This document shows positions 30,701 through 41,593 of a stretch of DNA of 64,000 nucleotides, in pieces (positions within the stretch are counted from its first letter, which is position 1; every line of letters begins with the position of its first letter). Source of the DNA: Candidatus Curtissbacteria bacterium RIFCSPHIGHO2_12_FULL_41_17 (GTDB taxonomy: Bacteria; Patescibacteriota; Microgenomatia; Curtissbacterales; GWA2-41-24); the NCBI GenBank assembly GCA_001774945.1, contig MFBL01000015.1, forward strand, positions 529 through 64,528, in the 5' to 3' direction. Under the pieces are notes generated by a model that was given only the letters and a program-made list of their open reading frames with translations, ran no database searches and was not told the origin of the DNA. Made by a program: the position numbers and the translations under genes.

Positions 30701-31146
30701 ATGCTAGATCTACCGGACCATATTCGCTAATTACCCAACAGCCTCTTGGAGGAAAAGCCCAAATGGGTGGGCAAAGACTCGGTGAAATGGAAGTATGGGC
30801 TCTTGAGGCATACGGAGCTGCTTATAGCCTGCAGGAGATGCTAACCATAAAGTCTGACGATGTAATTGGTAGGGCCAAAGCTTTTGAAGCCATTATTAAA
30901 GGAACAGAAATTCCGCAAGCATTAATACCTGAATCATTTAAGGTTTTGGTTAAAGAATTAAACAGTTTAAATCTCAATGTTGCTACAATTGGTGCCAAAA
31001 CGCAAGAGGAGGCAAAAGTTGTTCCCCAAACCGAAGAAGAGGCTCGCGCCGCGCAGGAATTTACTCAGGTAGCGGGAGCGCAGAACATAATCTCACCCGC
31101 CGACATCACCGGACCCAATAGCGCTATTAAGATAGAAAGTCACTAG
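27787..31146 (+). CDS. rpoB: RNA polymerase beta
   Basis: DDIDHLGNRRVR, PEGPNIGL, GDKLAGRHGNKGVIS, GGQRLGEMEVWALEAYGA. Confidence 0.99.
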   Translation: MAKRIFWGQHKNIDLPHLDLVQVQRESFQDFLENGIKEILEEISPVSDFTEKNFSLSFGQYSFGKSKYTPEEAIEKGVTYDVPLKIQAEVVNKQTGAKNSQEVFLCDLPLMLEKGSFIINGIERAVVSQLVRAPGAYYSAEIDPSTGKVLYSCEIRPLRGSWLEFAITKNDIITVKIDRRRKFPVTTFLRAIGFSDDQSIESLFAFVTDETAKEFLKNTFSKDPTSNQQEALLEIYRRMRPGDHVILDNAKSLIENMFFNDRRYSLGKVGRYKIEKRLGHIKGKIKYAKEETAASQILTPSDFVAAIYYLFELISGKGRVDDIDHLGNRRVRRVGELVAQNAFRVGILRLERVIKERMSLTPTDTVPAPASLINARPIISAINEFFRSSQLSTILDQTNSLSELDNLRRLTVMGTGGIARERAAFSIRDINHSQYSRICPIRSPEGPNIGLVTYLALYCKVNEYGFLEAPYRKVIQDKNDKAKVSDEIVYLAADDEENYYITHAQIPVDDKGYILDEVVPVRYIGEFTTAHKSMVNFIDVVPRQVVGTSASLIPFLAHDEANRALMGTHMQCQAVPLLTPEEPIVGTGMEEVVGNNLKDVTRAQTEGKVIYVDSKKIIIKTKTKDGSAHELTIPINKFTRSPQSTCHSQRPKVLTGQAVKKGDILVDGSSTDDGELALGRNLLIAYMSFDGLGYEDAIVISDRLFKEDVLTSIHIEEYDTSVVETKLGPEETTRDIPNVSEEDLASLDEEGIVVVGAGVGPNDILVGKIAPKGETELSAEERLLRTIFGEKAREVRDTSLRMPHGEKGTVIDVKILSRDKGDELEHGALTKIFVKVAQVRKVVVGDKLAGRHGNKGVISKIVSSADMPYLPDGTPVDIIISPLSVLSRMNLGQLLETHLGWAAHKLDYKIALPVFESGSETRIVEELKKANLPVDGRTNLYDGRTGLPFDRPIVVGYGYIMKLIHMVEDKTHARSTGPYSLITQQPLGGKAQMGGQRLGEMEVWALEAYGAAYSLQEMLTIKSDDVIGRAKAFEAIIKGTEIPQALIPESFKVLVKELNSLNLNVATIGAKTQEEAKVVPQTEEEARAAQEFTQVAGAQNIISPADITGPNSAIKIESH

Positions 31147-31149
31147 CCA

Positions 31150-34100
31150 ATGAACGAGCTAATCGATTTTGAATCATTAAAACTGTCGCTTGCTTCACCG
31201 GATGATGTGAAAACCTGGTCATTTGGCGAAGTTACTAAACCTGAAACAATCAATTATAGAACTCTCAAACCGGAAAAGGATGGTCTTTTTGATGAAAGAA
31301 TTTTCGGCCCGACCAAAGATTGGGAATGTTACTGTGGTAAATATAAAAGGATTAGATATCGTGGAATAATTTGTGACAAGTGTGGAGTTGAGGTTACGCA
31401 ATCAAGAGTTCGAAGAGAAAGAATGGGGCATATAACACTTGCTGCTCCAGTAGTCCACAACTGGTTTTTTAAAGGTAGTCCCTCAAAATTGGGACTTCTT
31501 TTAGAAATTTCTCCAAGAAATTTAGATGCTGTTGTTTATTTTGCTTCATATTTAGTAATTGATGTTGATGAGGATAAAAGAAAGCAGGTCGTAAAAAAAC
31601 TCGAAGAAGAGCAAGACAGAAAGAGAAAAGAACAACAAAATATTTTAAAAAGAAAACTTGAAGATGAAGAAAAAGGAGCAAAAAAAGAAGTTGCGGCCAT
31701 TAAATCAAAAGGAAAAGTAAAAGAACATGCCGATCTTAAAATAGAAGAAATCCAACTTACAATGCGTGCTCGACAGGCAAAGATGCGCGAAGAACATGCC
31801 GTTGAAGTTTCTAGACTTGAAGAAATCTACAAGAACATTACAGATATGGTGGCCGCAATTAAGGTAAGAGATCTTTTATCCGAAGAGGAATATTTTAAGC
31901 TTATCGACTATGATGCTGCCGATTTTATAAAAGTTGGAATGGGAGCAGAAGCACTTATGCAAGTTTTGGAGAAAATTGATCTGGCGAAGTTGGCAGTTTC
32001 ACTTAGAGAGGAAATTACCAAAACGACGGGCCAAAGGCACCTGAAAGCGACAAGGAAACTGCGGGTTGTCGAAAGTATGCGCAAGGCCACGATCAGTCCC
32101 AATTGGATGATAATCAGGATATTGCCTGTTTTACCGCCAGATTTAAGACCAATGGTTCAGCTTTCGGGCGGCAGGTTTGCGACCTCAGATTTAAATGATC
32201 TTTACAGAAGGGTGATTAACAGAAATAACAGGTTAAAAAAATTAATTGAATTGGGTGCGCCTGAGATTATTTTAAGGAATGAAAAAAGAATGCTTCAGGA
32301 GTCTGTTGACGCGCTAATTGATTCACAAAGAGTTAAATCAACAAGAGCATCGCAAGAACTGCGGTCACTTTCCGATATGCTTAGAGGTAAACAGGGTAGG
32401 TTTAGACAGAATTTACTTGGAAAACGTGTCGATTATTCTGGAAGATCGGTAATTGTGGTCGGGCCTGAATTAAATTTGAATCAAGCTGGAATCCCCAAGG
32501 AAATGGCCCTGGAGATGTTCAAACCCTTCGTTCTAAGAGAGGTTATAGCCAGAGGATATGCCCCTAACGTGAAAAGCGCTAAACATTTTTTGGAAAGAAG
32601 GAGCGGCGAGGTTTGGGATATTTTAGAAGAAATAACCAAAGGACACCCTATCCTTTTAAACAGGGCTCCAACGCTTCATCGGCTGGGAATTCAAGCTTTC
32701 TACCCGATTCTTATTGAGGGAGATGCTATCAGAATTCATCCGTGCATATGCGCCGGCTTCAACGCGGATTTTGATGGAGATCAGATGGCTGTTCACGTCC
32801 CCCTTTCGGTTAAGGCACAAGAGGAAGCTATTGGTCTTATGATGTCAGCCAGGAATTTACTGCGACCAGCAGACGGTTCTCCAATTACTTTACCAAACAA
32901 AGAAATGGCTTTAGGTATTTATTATTTAACATCCCCTGATCCTAACATCTCGCCTCACGAAGGCATTTTTAAAAGCGAGGATGAAGTGCTGCTTGCCCTA
33001 AAATCCGGCAAGATTTCACAAAGACAGCAGACAAAAGTGATAGTTGGAAAACAAGTAATGGAAACAACCCCCGGCAGAGTTCTATTTAATATCCAAATCC
33101 CCCTTTCAATGCGTTTTATCAATGAGACAATCTCAGCTTCAATTATAAAAAGAATAATATCGAAAGCTATTGATGAAATTGCCGAAGAGCAAGTTGTAGA
33201 GCTGATAGATAGACTAAAAAGCCTTGGGTTTGATGGAGCAACCGCATCGGGTCTTTCAGTTTCGGTTTTTGATTGTGTAATTGTTGATAACAAGCCTCAA
33301 ATTATCCAAAGAGCGGAAAAAGAAGTTGCTCAAATTGAGAAAAATTTTAGTATGGGCCTTATAACAAAAGAAGAATCTAAACGCCTTTCACAGGAAATAT
33401 GGCTTTCAACGACCAATGAACTTGCTGATTTAACTTGGAAAAATTTACCTAAAGATAATTCGATCAAAATTATTTCCGATTCTGGCGGGTCTAGGGCGAC
33501 TGCCGAGCAAATTAAACAGCTTGCGGCAATTAGAGGTCTTGTGACCGATCCTTCGGGGAGAATCGTATCTCTTCCAATTAAATCCAACTTTAGAGAAGGA
33601 CTTTCTGCGTTTGAGTATTTCACCAGTGCCAGAGGAGCAAGAAAAGGTTTGGCAGATCGGGCAATAAAAACTGCCGAATCCGGATATTTGACAAGACGTC
33701 TGGTTGATGTAGCTCATGATGCCATTATAAGAACCGAAGATTGCGAAACGAAAGAAGGAATCGTTATCGCTAAGGAAGACAAGCGACAAGCGGCATTTAT
33801 CATGCGGATTCAGGGGCGGGTGACAACGGAAGACATAACTGCGCAAAAAAGCAAAAAGCAAATAGTTAAAAAAAATACAATAATCACAGAGGAAATTGCC
33901 CGTGAAATAGAAAAAAACGCAATTGTCCAAGTAAAAGTAAGGAGTGTTCTTGCATGTGAGGCTAAATACGGACTCTGCAGTATGTGCTACGGAGTCGACT
34001 TAGTTACCAGGAAGTTGGTAACAGTTGGAACACCGGCTGGAGTGATTGCAGCCCAGTCAATCGGAGAGCCGGGAACACAGCTTACAATGAGGACATTTCA

Positions 34101-34833
34101 CACAGGCGGAATTGTCGGATTAGATATTACCCAAGGTCTGCCGAGGGTAGAGGAACTTTTTGAAGCGCGTACCCCTAAATTTTCAGCTCAAATCACAGAA
34201 ATTGCCGGCAAGGTTAAAATTGAAGAAACGTCAGATGGTAGTGTCGTCAAAGTTAAAAATGCAAACCTTAAACCGCTGGTCGAAAAGGAGTATCTTATTC
34301 CACCTACTTCTGAATTGAAGGTAACAGATGGACAACTTATCGCTGCGGGAGCGCCGCTTTCTGCAGGCTATCTTGATATTAAAGAGATTCTAGCTGTTTC
34401 CGGACTAAGAGAAGCCCAAAAATACCTTATAAGTGAGGCTCAGGAAGTATATGAAACTCAAGGTGTAGCCATTAATGACAAGCATTTTGAGGTTATAGCC
34501 AGAAAAATGAGCGAAAAAGTACGAGTAGAATCATCCGGCGATACAGTTCTATTACCAGGTGAGCTTATAGACAGAAACAGGTTTACGGAAGAGAATGCCA
34601 AGGTTTTAGCCGAAGGAGGAGAACCGGCAACAGCCCAAGTAATAATTTTGGGAATCACCAAGGCCGCACTTTATACCGAAAGTTTCTTATCGGCAGCCTC
34701 ATTTCAAGAAACCACTAGGGTTTTGACTGACGCAGCGATTGAGGGTAAAGTAGACAGGTTGTTAGGATTAAAGGAAAATGTCATAATTGGACGCCTAATT
34801 CCAACTAGTCCTGAAAGAGCAAGGATACAATAG
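31150..34833 (+). CDS. rpoC: RNA polymerase beta'
   Basis: [38 protein letters not shown]. Confidence 0.99.
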   Translation: MNELIDFESLKLSLASPDDVKTWSFGEVTKPETINYRTLKPEKDGLFDERIFGPTKDWECYCGKYKRIRYRGIICDKCGVEVTQSRVRRERMGHITLAAPVVHNWFFKGSPSKLGLLLEISPRNLDAVVYFASYLVIDVDEDKRKQVVKKLEEEQDRKRKEQQNILKRKLEDEEKGAKKEVAAIKSKGKVKEHADLKIEEIQLTMRARQAKMREEHAVEVSRLEEIYKNITDMVAAIKVRDLLSEEEYFKLIDYDAADFIKVGMGAEALMQVLEKIDLAKLAVSLREEITKTTGQRHLKATRKLRVVESMRKATISPNWMIIRILPVLPPDLRPMVQLSGGRFATSDLNDLYRRVINRNNRLKKLIELGAPEIILRNEKRMLQESVDALIDSQRVKSTRASQELRSLSDMLRGKQGRFRQNLLGKRVDYSGRSVIVVGPELNLNQAGIPKEMALEMFKPFVLREVIARGYAPNVKSAKHFLERRSGEVWDILEEITKGHPILLNRAPTLHRLGIQAFYPILIEGDAIRIHPCICAGFNADFDGDQMAVHVPLSVKAQEEAIGLMMSARNLLRPADGSPITLPNKEMALGIYYLTSPDPNISPHEGIFKSEDEVLLALKSGKISQRQQTKVIVGKQVMETTPGRVLFNIQIPLSMRFINETISASIIKRIISKAIDEIAEEQVVELIDRLKSLGFDGATASGLSVSVFDCVIVDNKPQIIQRAEKEVAQIEKNFSMGLITKEESKRLSQEIWLSTTNELADLTWKNLPKDNSIKIISDSGGSRATAEQIKQLAAIRGLVTDPSGRIVSLPIKSNFREGLSAFEYFTSARGARKGLADRAIKTAESGYLTRRLVDVAHDAIIRTEDCETKEGIVIAKEDKRQAAFIMRIQGRVTTEDITAQKSKKQIVKKNTIITEEIAREIEKNAIVQVKVRSVLACEAKYGLCSMCYGVDLVTRKLVTVGTPAGVIAAQSIGEPGTQLTMRTFHTGGIVGLDITQGLPRVEELFEARTPKFSAQITEIAGKVKIEETSDGSVVKVKNANLKPLVEKEYLIPPTSELKVTDGQLIAAGAPLSAGYLDIKEILAVSGLREAQKYLISEAQEVYETQGVAINDKHFEVIARKMSEKVRVESSGDTVLLPGELIDRNRFTEENAKVLAEGGEPATAQVIILGITKAALYTESFLSAASFQETTRVLTDAAIEGKVDRLLGLKENVIIGRLIPTSPERARIQ

Positions 34834-34861
34834 GCGGACAATTATATCAGAGGAGCGTACT

Positions 34862-35344
34862 ATGCCTACTATTAACCAACTTATCAGAAAAGGCAGAAAA
34901 CCAAAAATTAAAAGAGTGAGGGCCACGGCGCTTAGACGTGCCTTTAATTCTCTTAAAAACCGATACGTATACTATCCGGCAAGCCAGAAAAGAGGGGTGT
35001 GTGTGGTTGTCAAAACCATGACTCCCAAAAAACCTAATTCTGCTCTAAGAAAAGTAGCTAGAGTCCGTCTTTCCAATAAGCAGGAAATTACCGCTTATAT
35101 TCCGGGCATTGGTCATGAACTTGCAGAACACTCAGTTGTTTTAATACGGGGTGGTCGCGTCAGAGATCTGCCCGGAGTAAAATATCATGTTATTCGCGGG
35201 AAATATGATACTACTGGAGTAGTTGGCCGAAAGCAAGCAAGATCGCTGTATGGAACCAAAAAATCAGGTGCGGTTACCGGTGCCCAGGCAGCAGCTACAG
35301 TTGGTGCCACCGCAGCCGCAGCGCAGCCACCACCAGAAACTTAA
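34862..35344 (+). CDS. rpsL: 30S protein S12 with Ala-rich tail
   Basis: [20 protein letters not shown]. Confidence 0.98.
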   Translation: MPTINQLIRKGRKPKIKRVRATALRRAFNSLKNRYVYYPASQKRGVCVVVKTMTPKKPNSALRKVARVRLSNKQEITAYIPGIGHELAEHSVVLIRGGRVRDLPGVKYHVIRGKYDTTGVVGRKQARSLYGTKKSGAVTGAQAAATVGATAAAAQPPPET

Positions 35345-35352
35345 GTATGAAA

Positions 35353-35408
35353 ACTTATCACTTATCACTCATCACTTATCACTTATCACTGCGACCGAAG
35401 GGAGCATC
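35353..35408 (+). repeat. (ACTTATC)x5 heptamer run plus CGACCGAAGGGAGC
   Basis: Read directly; same 14-mer before rpsC. Confidence 0.85.
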
Positions 35409-35906
35409 ATGCCCAGAGCAGGAAAGGTAGAAAAAAAACAAATTGCTCCGGATCCCCTTTACCAAAGTTCGCTTGTTGCTAAACTAATCAATAAAGTAAT
35501 GGTCAGCGGCAATAAGTCTCTCGCCCAGAGAGTAGTTTATGATGCGCTCGAAAGTTTAAAATCTGGCGGGCAAGATCCAGTCAAAACCCTAGATAAGGCA
35601 GTTGAGAATATTACGCCAAGAATGGAGGTTAGACCAAGAAGGGTTGGCGGTGCATCTTATATGGTTCCCATGGAAGTCAGGGGATCAAGACGGCTTTCAT
35701 TGGCAATTTCATGGCTGGTTAATGCCGCCAGAAGCAGGAAAGCTTCGGACATTACTCCCAAACCTAAGAATAAGCCCTTAATTATTGCCAAGTTGTCCCA
35801 AGAAATACTGCAAGCATCAGAGAATACCGGCAAGGCAGTCGCCAAAAAAGACGAAATGCACCGCATAGCCGAAGCGAACAAAGCTTTCGCCCATTTCAGA
35901 TGGTAA
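35409..35906 (+). CDS. rpsG: 30S protein S7
   Basis: MPR..., EVRPRRVGGASYMVP, AEANKAFAHFRW. Confidence 0.98.
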   Translation: MPRAGKVEKKQIAPDPLYQSSLVAKLINKVMVSGNKSLAQRVVYDALESLKSGGQDPVKTLDKAVENITPRMEVRPRRVGGASYMVPMEVRGSRRLSLAISWLVNAARSRKASDITPKPKNKPLIIAKLSQEILQASENTGKAVAKKDEMHRIAEANKAFAHFRW

Positions 35907-36117
35907 GCCGGAGTTTACACTGAGCTTGTCGAAGTGCGCATTCCCGCTGGTAATGTGCTCAGCCTTGCGGTCCTCGTCCTTCGTTAAACTCAGGACTGCG
36001 GGCCTAAAAGCTTTCGCCCACTTCCGCTGGTAGCGAAATGTGGTTTGCCGCCTTGCGATAGCTCCGCACTACGCGCGTAGTAGCTATCTAAAGGCGTTTG
36101 CACATTTCCGGTGGTAA
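35907..36117 (+). repeat. Array of three recoded rpsG 3' ends separated by hairpin elements
   Basis: AHSRW* 35936-35953, KAFAHFRW* 36007-36033, KAFAHFRW* 36091-36117. Confidence 0.92.
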
Positions 36118-36122
36118 TTTCC

Positions 36123-37067
36123 CTACAACGAGAATAAATCTAGCACTTGCTTTTTTCCTGTCATGGCTAAATCAAATATCTTTTCCCGATCTTGGGAAAT
36201 TCTTGAGATGGGCATCTCGGAAGGAGCAATAATCCCAATATTTATTGAATCTCCATGCAATCCAATTAGCTCTGCCGCTCGCGAATATTGTTTATGTCTT
36301 GCTAACATAGCAGTTCTAAATTCGGAGGAAAACTTACGCATATATACACTTGTAAGTAAACGTTCTAATAAACTGGCCCCATTTGCTCGCTCGCCTACAG
36401 TATTATTCAAAACCACCAATATATCTGTACACCCTTCCTGTATTGCTAAATCGATTGGAATACCATTCCCTATAGAACCATCACTGTACTTTTTTCCATT
36501 AATACTTATGGTACGGTTATAAACAATAGGAAATGCCGAGGAAGCGATGACTACTTTGACAATATCACACTCCTCTTTCACATCTATAAACTCACTTTTG
36601 CCCGTTTGGGCATCCGTAACGACAATAAAAAAACTCGAACGGGATGACCTAATTGTTTCCTGATCAAGCGGTTTTGTCTTTCGCATTATGTGTTCAGCAT
36701 AATCAAGGTCTAAAACACGCCTTAGACGCCTAACATCGATGAATCTTCTGTCCACTAAATCTTCATGCCAAAGCGAAGCTCCTAACTCTGTCTGTTTAGC
36801 AAGAAAATAAGCAAGGTCAGCAGCCCCAGACGAAACACCGACAACAACATCAAAAGTGTCATGGAAACCCAATTGTTCTAGGCCAACAAGTACTCCGGCA
36901 CCAAATGCTCCACGCACCCCACCGCCACCCATTACTAATGCGGTTTTAATCCTCTCGTGTGTATTGTCACCTTGATCAAGCAGTCTCTTTTTCTCAAGTA
37001 AATTTCTCACGAGCGTTGAATTTCTCGCTGATTCACCTTCTAAAACTTTGGAGCGTAATCTTTCCAT
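36123..37067 (-). CDS. Patatin-like phospholipase
   Basis: GGGVRG, GVSSG, SDG motifs. Confidence 0.92.
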   Translation of the reverse strand: MERLRSKVLEGESARNSTLVRNLLEKKRLLDQGDNTHERIKTALVMGGGGVRGAFGAGVLVGLEQLGFHDTFDVVVGVSSGAADLAYFLAKQTELGASLWHEDLVDRRFIDVRRLRRVLDLDYAEHIMRKTKPLDQETIRSSRSSFFIVVTDAQTGKSEFIDVKEECDIVKVVIASSAFPIVYNRTISINGKKYSDGSIGNGIPIDLAIQEGCTDILVVLNNTVGERANGASLLERLLTSVYMRKFSSEFRTAMLARHKQYSRAAELIGLHGDSINIGIIAPSEMPISRISQDREKIFDLAMTGKKQVLDLFSL

Positions 37068-37327
37068 GGCTAAAATTGTAGCAAAAATAGTTCTTTAAGA
37101 GAAAAATCTTCTCTCTTGCATACTCATTTAACTTAAGATATAATTCCCGACTAGTTTGTACTTATCTGCCGGTCTTCGACCCTGAGGGCTCAGACCCGAA
37201 TGGGCAGGCAGGCGCCTGTCAAACGCCTAATTTAGCTTCCGCCTGGCTAAATCCAAAGAAGAATTTTTATATTTGGGAAATGATATATTGACTTTTGGCA
37301 GGGTTTTATTGATAAAAGAGTAAGATC

Positions 37328-37606
37328 ATGAAAATAATTTCATTATCAAAGGCACAAAAACTGAAAAGCCTTAGAAAAAAACTCACGGAGCTTGAGGAAG
37401 TTAAGCTAAAAGAGGCTTTGGCTAAGTATGGGGAAGCCTACCAGGAGTCAGGAGCGGCCTGGCAGGAAAATGCCGCCTGGGAGCTGGCAGACGAAGAAGT
37501 GTCGGTTATTCGGGCAATGATTTCGGAAATAAAAAGAGAAATCACCGGTTTGGAACATCCTCTTCCTACTACTTCCATCCCGCTCACTATTAAAAAACAA
37601 AAATAA
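37328..37606 (+). CDS. GreA N-terminal coiled-coil-like small protein
   Basis: EA...G..WQENAAWE.A..E resembles Gre GDLSENAEY hairpin; no C-terminal domain. Confidence 0.55.
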   Translation: MKIISLSKAQKLKSLRKKLTELEEVKLKEALAKYGEAYQESGAAWQENAAWELADEEVSVIRAMISEIKREITGLEHPLPTTSIPLTIKKQK

Positions 37607-37645
37607 TCCAAATTAGAAAAATATATGACGCAAACTGCTGATCAA

Positions 37646-37791
37646 TTTATTTTCGCTTCGCGAAAACCGTGGATTATTAATCCTCGGATGAAGCGAAGGG
37701 AAAACATACTTCCAAGGAAGTTTGGAGCCTAGACCAAAGACGAATGATATGATAGGTGAAAACCGAGGGTTCTTAACTCTCGGAAGTTTAT
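37646..37791 (+). mobile_element. ~145 bp structured element, divergent copy 3
   Basis: Same length, TTTAT ends, conserved CGGATGAA, CATACTTCC, ACCGAGG..CTCGGAAGTTTAT with changed stems. Confidence 0.65.
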
Positions 37792-37833
37792 TTTGCAACA
37801 CAAAAAGACATATTTAGCTTGGAGGAAAAAATA

Positions 37834-39975
37834 ATGGCCGAAAAACAAGCCAGACTTTATTCGCTGGACAGAATAAGAAATATAGGCATCATTGCTCATA
37901 TCGACGCGGGAAAAACGACCACTACCGAGAGAATCCTTTTTTACACAGGTAGGACCTATAAACTCGGAAATATCGATGAAGGCACCACCGTTACCGACTG
38001 GATGGCTCAGGAAAAAGAAAGGGGAATTACGATTGTATCGGCTGCCGTAACAACATTTTGGAAACCCAAAGATGGCCCGTTTGCCAACATTGACACACGT
38101 ATAAACATTATTGACACCCCGGGGCATGTCGATTTTACTGCCGAGGTTGAAAGATCACTGCGTGTTCTAGATGGAGGAGTCACCGTTCTTGATGCAGAAG
38201 AGGGGGTCCAGTCACAATCGGAAACAGTCTGGCGCCAAGCCGACAAATATAAAGTTCCCCGTATTTGTTTCGTTAATAAGATGGATAAAATCGGCGCAGA
38301 TTTTTTCGCAACGCTCTCCTCGATCCGCAAAAAATTACAGGCACCGGCAGTTGCCTACAATTTACCAATCGGCAAGGAAAATGATTTTAAGGGAGTTATC
38401 GATTTACTAACACAAAAGGCCTATATTTGGGAAGAAGAGGCTGTCAAAAAAGGAGGAATGGATTTTGTCAAGGTACCCATCCCAAGTGAATTGCTTGCTG
38501 AAACCGAAAAACATAGAGCCCACTTAATTGAAAAAATTGCAGAATGTGACGATAGTCTTGTGGAAAAATACCTTAAGGGTGAAGAATTGGGAATAGACGA
38601 ACTTAAATCAGCACTTCGACGTGCAGTCATCGAATATAAAATAGTTCCCGTGCTTGCAGGTTCCAGTCTACGCAATAAAGGTGTTCAAATGCTTCTTGAC
38701 GCAACTGTAGAATACTTACCTTCTCCTTTAGATATAGAAACGGTAGAGGGTATTAATCCTAAAACAGGTGAGAAGGAGATCCGCAAACAAGTAGTCGAAG
38801 CTCCATTTTGTGCCTTGGCATTTAAAGTCCAGATCGATCCGCATGTCGGTAAATTAAATTTCATCAGAATTTATTCGGGAACACTAAAATCCGGTACTTC
38901 TGTTTTGAATACGACAAAAAGGGAACATGAAAGAGTCGGCAGAATTTTACTAATGCATGCCAATACCAGAGAAGAGATTGCCGAAGCATACGCAGGAGAA
39001 ATTGTGGCAGTTGTCGGACTTAAATCAACCACCACAGGAGACACGCTCTGCGCTGAAAATTCTCCGATTATTTTAGAATCGATTTCGTTTCCGGACCCGG
39101 TCATTTCACTGGCAATTGAGCCAAGTACAAAGGCTGATCAGGAGAAACTTGGTTACGCTTTGGGCCGGCTTTCCGAGGAAGATCCGACGTTTAAGATTAA
39201 AGGTGATCCGGAAACCGGGCAAACAATTATTTCCGGAATGGGAGAACTGCATCTGGAAATCCTGGTTGACAGAATGAAGAGAGAGTTTGCAGTCGCTGCC
39301 AAAGTCGGCAGTCCGCAAGTTGCTTACAAGGAAACCATTAGAGAAACAGGCAGAGGTGAAGGTAAATATATTCGGCAGTCCGGTGGCAGAGGCCAATACG
39401 GGCACTGTTTTTTGAGGGTTGAGCCTAATCCTCGCGGTGAGGGTTATCAATTCGTTTCCGAGATTAGAGGTGGCGCTATTCCGCAAGAGTTTATTTCCTC
39501 AGTAGAAAAAGGAGTTCGCGAAAAAATGGAAACCGGGGTTTTAGCTGGATATCCGATGGTCGATATAAAGGTAGCAGTTTATGATGGTACTTATCATGAC
39601 GTTGACTCTTCCGATATTGCTTTTAAAATCGCCGGCTCTCTTGCTTTGGAAGAAGCCGTCAAAAATGCCAGTCTTGCGCTTTTGGAACCGATCATGAAAG
39701 TGGAAGTGACCATTCCCGAAGAATTCATGGGTGATGTAATTGGGGATTTATCTGCCAAGCGTGCTCAAATACTTTCAAGCGAACATCGGGCAAACAGCGT
39801 GATTATTACAGCCCTTGTGCCGCTTGCAGAGATGTCCGGCTATGTTACAACTCTTAGGTCTATGACTCAAGGGAGAGGATCAGCATATATGGAACCGTCA
39901 CATTACGAAGAAGTTCCCCAGAGTATAGCAGACAAAATCGTAGCAAGGGCCAAAGGTGAGGTAAAAGAAAGTTAG
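37834..39975 (+). CDS. fusA: Elongation factor G
   Basis: [37 protein letters not shown] before ATG 37834. Confidence 0.99.
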   Translation: MAEKQARLYSLDRIRNIGIIAHIDAGKTTTTERILFYTGRTYKLGNIDEGTTVTDWMAQEKERGITIVSAAVTTFWKPKDGPFANIDTRINIIDTPGHVDFTAEVERSLRVLDGGVTVLDAEEGVQSQSETVWRQADKYKVPRICFVNKMDKIGADFFATLSSIRKKLQAPAVAYNLPIGKENDFKGVIDLLTQKAYIWEEEAVKKGGMDFVKVPIPSELLAETEKHRAHLIEKIAECDDSLVEKYLKGEELGIDELKSALRRAVIEYKIVPVLAGSSLRNKGVQMLLDATVEYLPSPLDIETVEGINPKTGEKEIRKQVVEAPFCALAFKVQIDPHVGKLNFIRIYSGTLKSGTSVLNTTKREHERVGRILLMHANTREEIAEAYAGEIVAVVGLKSTTTGDTLCAENSPIILESISFPDPVISLAIEPSTKADQEKLGYALGRLSEEDPTFKIKGDPETGQTIISGMGELHLEILVDRMKREFAVAAKVGSPQVAYKETIRETGRGEGKYIRQSGGRGQYGHCFLRVEPNPRGEGYQFVSEIRGGAIPQEFISSVEKGVREKMETGVLAGYPMVDIKVAVYDGTYHDVDSSDIAFKIAGSLALEEAVKNASLALLEPIMKVEVTIPEEFMGDVIGDLSAKRAQILSSEHRANSVIITALVPLAEMSGYVTTLRSMTQGRGSAYMEPSHYEEVPQSIADKIVARAKGEVKES

Positions 39976-40024
39976 TAAAGAGTTTACCATGAACGAAGTC
40001 GCGTCAGACGCGACGAAGTGAAGG

Positions 40025-40072
40025 GCCGATAAAATAGTCGCAAAGGTTAAGGGTGAAACTAACCAAAGCTGA
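40025..40072 (+). repeat. Recoded duplicate of fusA 3' end (ADKIVAKVKGETNQS*)
   Basis: Same length as native [15 protein letters not shown] (39928-39975), 10/15 aa identical. Confidence 0.88.
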
Positions 40073-40231
40073 CAATGTGATTTAGTCAATGCAAGAAGTA
40101 TTAGAAGCTTTTGGTACCTGTGGTACTTTTAAATCTTCCTCTTGCATTTTGTTGTCAGAATAATATAAACTATTCCAACTAATATCAGCCTGTCAGGTTT
40201 TAACTTGGCAAAAAGCCTGATATTATTTTTA

Positions 40232-40320
40232 CCCAAATTTCAAAGAAATTTGGAGAGGAAAAATTTGAGTGCGTTTAATGTTCTCAATAGAACATGAATA
40301 GCACGAGCAATTTTGACGAC
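40232..40320 (+). repeat. Structured 5' leader element (copy of 14566-14657)
   Basis: Shared CCCAAATTTCAAAGAAATTTGG and AGCACGAGCAATTTTGACG, abutting ATG. Confidence 0.85.
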
Positions 40321-41505
40321 ATGGCAGCAGAAAAATTTGAACGAACAAAACCACACGTAAATATTGGCACGATTGGCCATGTTGATCATGGTAAAACTAC
40401 GCTGACCAGTGCTATTACTCAGGTCCTATCCAAAAAAGGTCTGGCTCAGGCGAAATCCTTTGATCAGATAGATAATGCCCCGGAAGAGAAACAAAGAGGA
40501 ATTACTATTAATATTACTCATGTGGAGTACGAAACGGAAAAGCGTCACTATGCCCACATTGATGCCCCCGGCCATGCCGACTACATCAAAAACATGATTA
40601 CAGGTGCCGCCCAAATGGACGGTGCAATTCTGGTTGTAAGCGCTCCGGACGGGCCGATGCCGCAGACGAGAGAGCATGTTCTTTTGGCCAGACAGGTAAA
40701 CGTTCCGGCAATCGTAGTTTTTCTAAACAAAACGGATATGGTTCAGGATGCAGAACTTTTGGATCTTGTGGAACTTGAGGTGCGCGAACTTCTGGATAAA
40801 TATCAGTTTGATGGAAAAAATGCGACAATCATTCGCGGTTCGGCACTTAAAGCGATTGAAGGAGATGCACAAGCCGTTAAAGCGATTGAAGACTTAATGG
40901 CCGCAGTTGATGAAAAAATCCCCACTCCCGCAAGGGATTTAGACAAACCTTTCCTGATGCCGGTTGAAGATGTCTTTTCCATAAAAGGCCGAGGGACTGT
41001 TGTTACAGGCAGAGTTGAACGGGGCGTTATAAAAGTCAATGAGGAGATCGAAATTGTCGGAATTAGACCTACAAAAAAAACTATTGTAACAGGAGTAGAA
41101 ATGTTTAGAAAAGAGCTAGACCAGGGACAAGCCGGTGACAATATCGGCGTACTACTTCGAGGGATTGAAAAAGATGACGTTGAAAGAGGGCAGGTTTTGG
41201 CAAAGCCCGGCTCGACAACACCGCATACCGAATTCGAGGCAGAGGTGTATATCCTAACTAAAGAAGAAGGCGGACGACACACCCCCTTCTTTACCGGTTA
41301 TAGACCCCAGTTTTATATAAGAACGACCGATGTTACCGGAGAAGCAACTCTTCCCGAAGGAACAGAAATGGTTATGCCGGGAGACAATATTAAAATGAAA
41401 GTTAAACTTATCGAGCCGGTTGCTATGGAAGAAGGACTTAGATTTGCCATCCGCGAGGGTGGCCACACAGTAGGCGCCGGCGTAGTCAGCAAGATAATTG
41501 CGTAA
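40321..41505 (+). CDS. tuf: Elongation factor Tu
   Basis: [33 protein letters not shown]. Confidence 0.99.
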   Translation: MAAEKFERTKPHVNIGTIGHVDHGKTTLTSAITQVLSKKGLAQAKSFDQIDNAPEEKQRGITINITHVEYETEKRHYAHIDAPGHADYIKNMITGAAQMDGAILVVSAPDGPMPQTREHVLLARQVNVPAIVVFLNKTDMVQDAELLDLVELEVRELLDKYQFDGKNATIIRGSALKAIEGDAQAVKAIEDLMAAVDEKIPTPARDLDKPFLMPVEDVFSIKGRGTVVTGRVERGVIKVNEEIEIVGIRPTKKTIVTGVEMFRKELDQGQAGDNIGVLLRGIEKDDVERGQVLAKPGSTTPHTEFEAEVYILTKEEGGRHTPFFTGYRPQFYIRTTDVTGEATLPEGTEMVMPGDNIKMKVKLIEPVAMEEGLRFAIREGGHTVGAGVVSKIIA

Positions 41506-41593
41506 GAGATTTGGGTCTCCTCAGAGCTTGCCAGAAGGCCGTAGGCCCTGAGCTTGCGAAGGGGGGATTTTTTTTGCTAGAATACCTTACTTT

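Noticed and set aside
35880..36117. CRISPR array
   Set aside because: Repeats are recoded coding ends differing at wobble positions, spacers are hairpins of unequal length, and no cas genes are present.
37221..37252. Fifth degenerate rpsG end (GCCTA...TTCCGCCTGGCTAA)
   Set aside because: Needs two indels and is explained as an ATTTAGC/GCTAAAT hairpin.
40294..40320. N-terminal extensions of tuf, rpsG, rplB, rplP, nusA in the ORF track
   Set aside because: They are read-through of leader repeats; canonical starts lie downstream.
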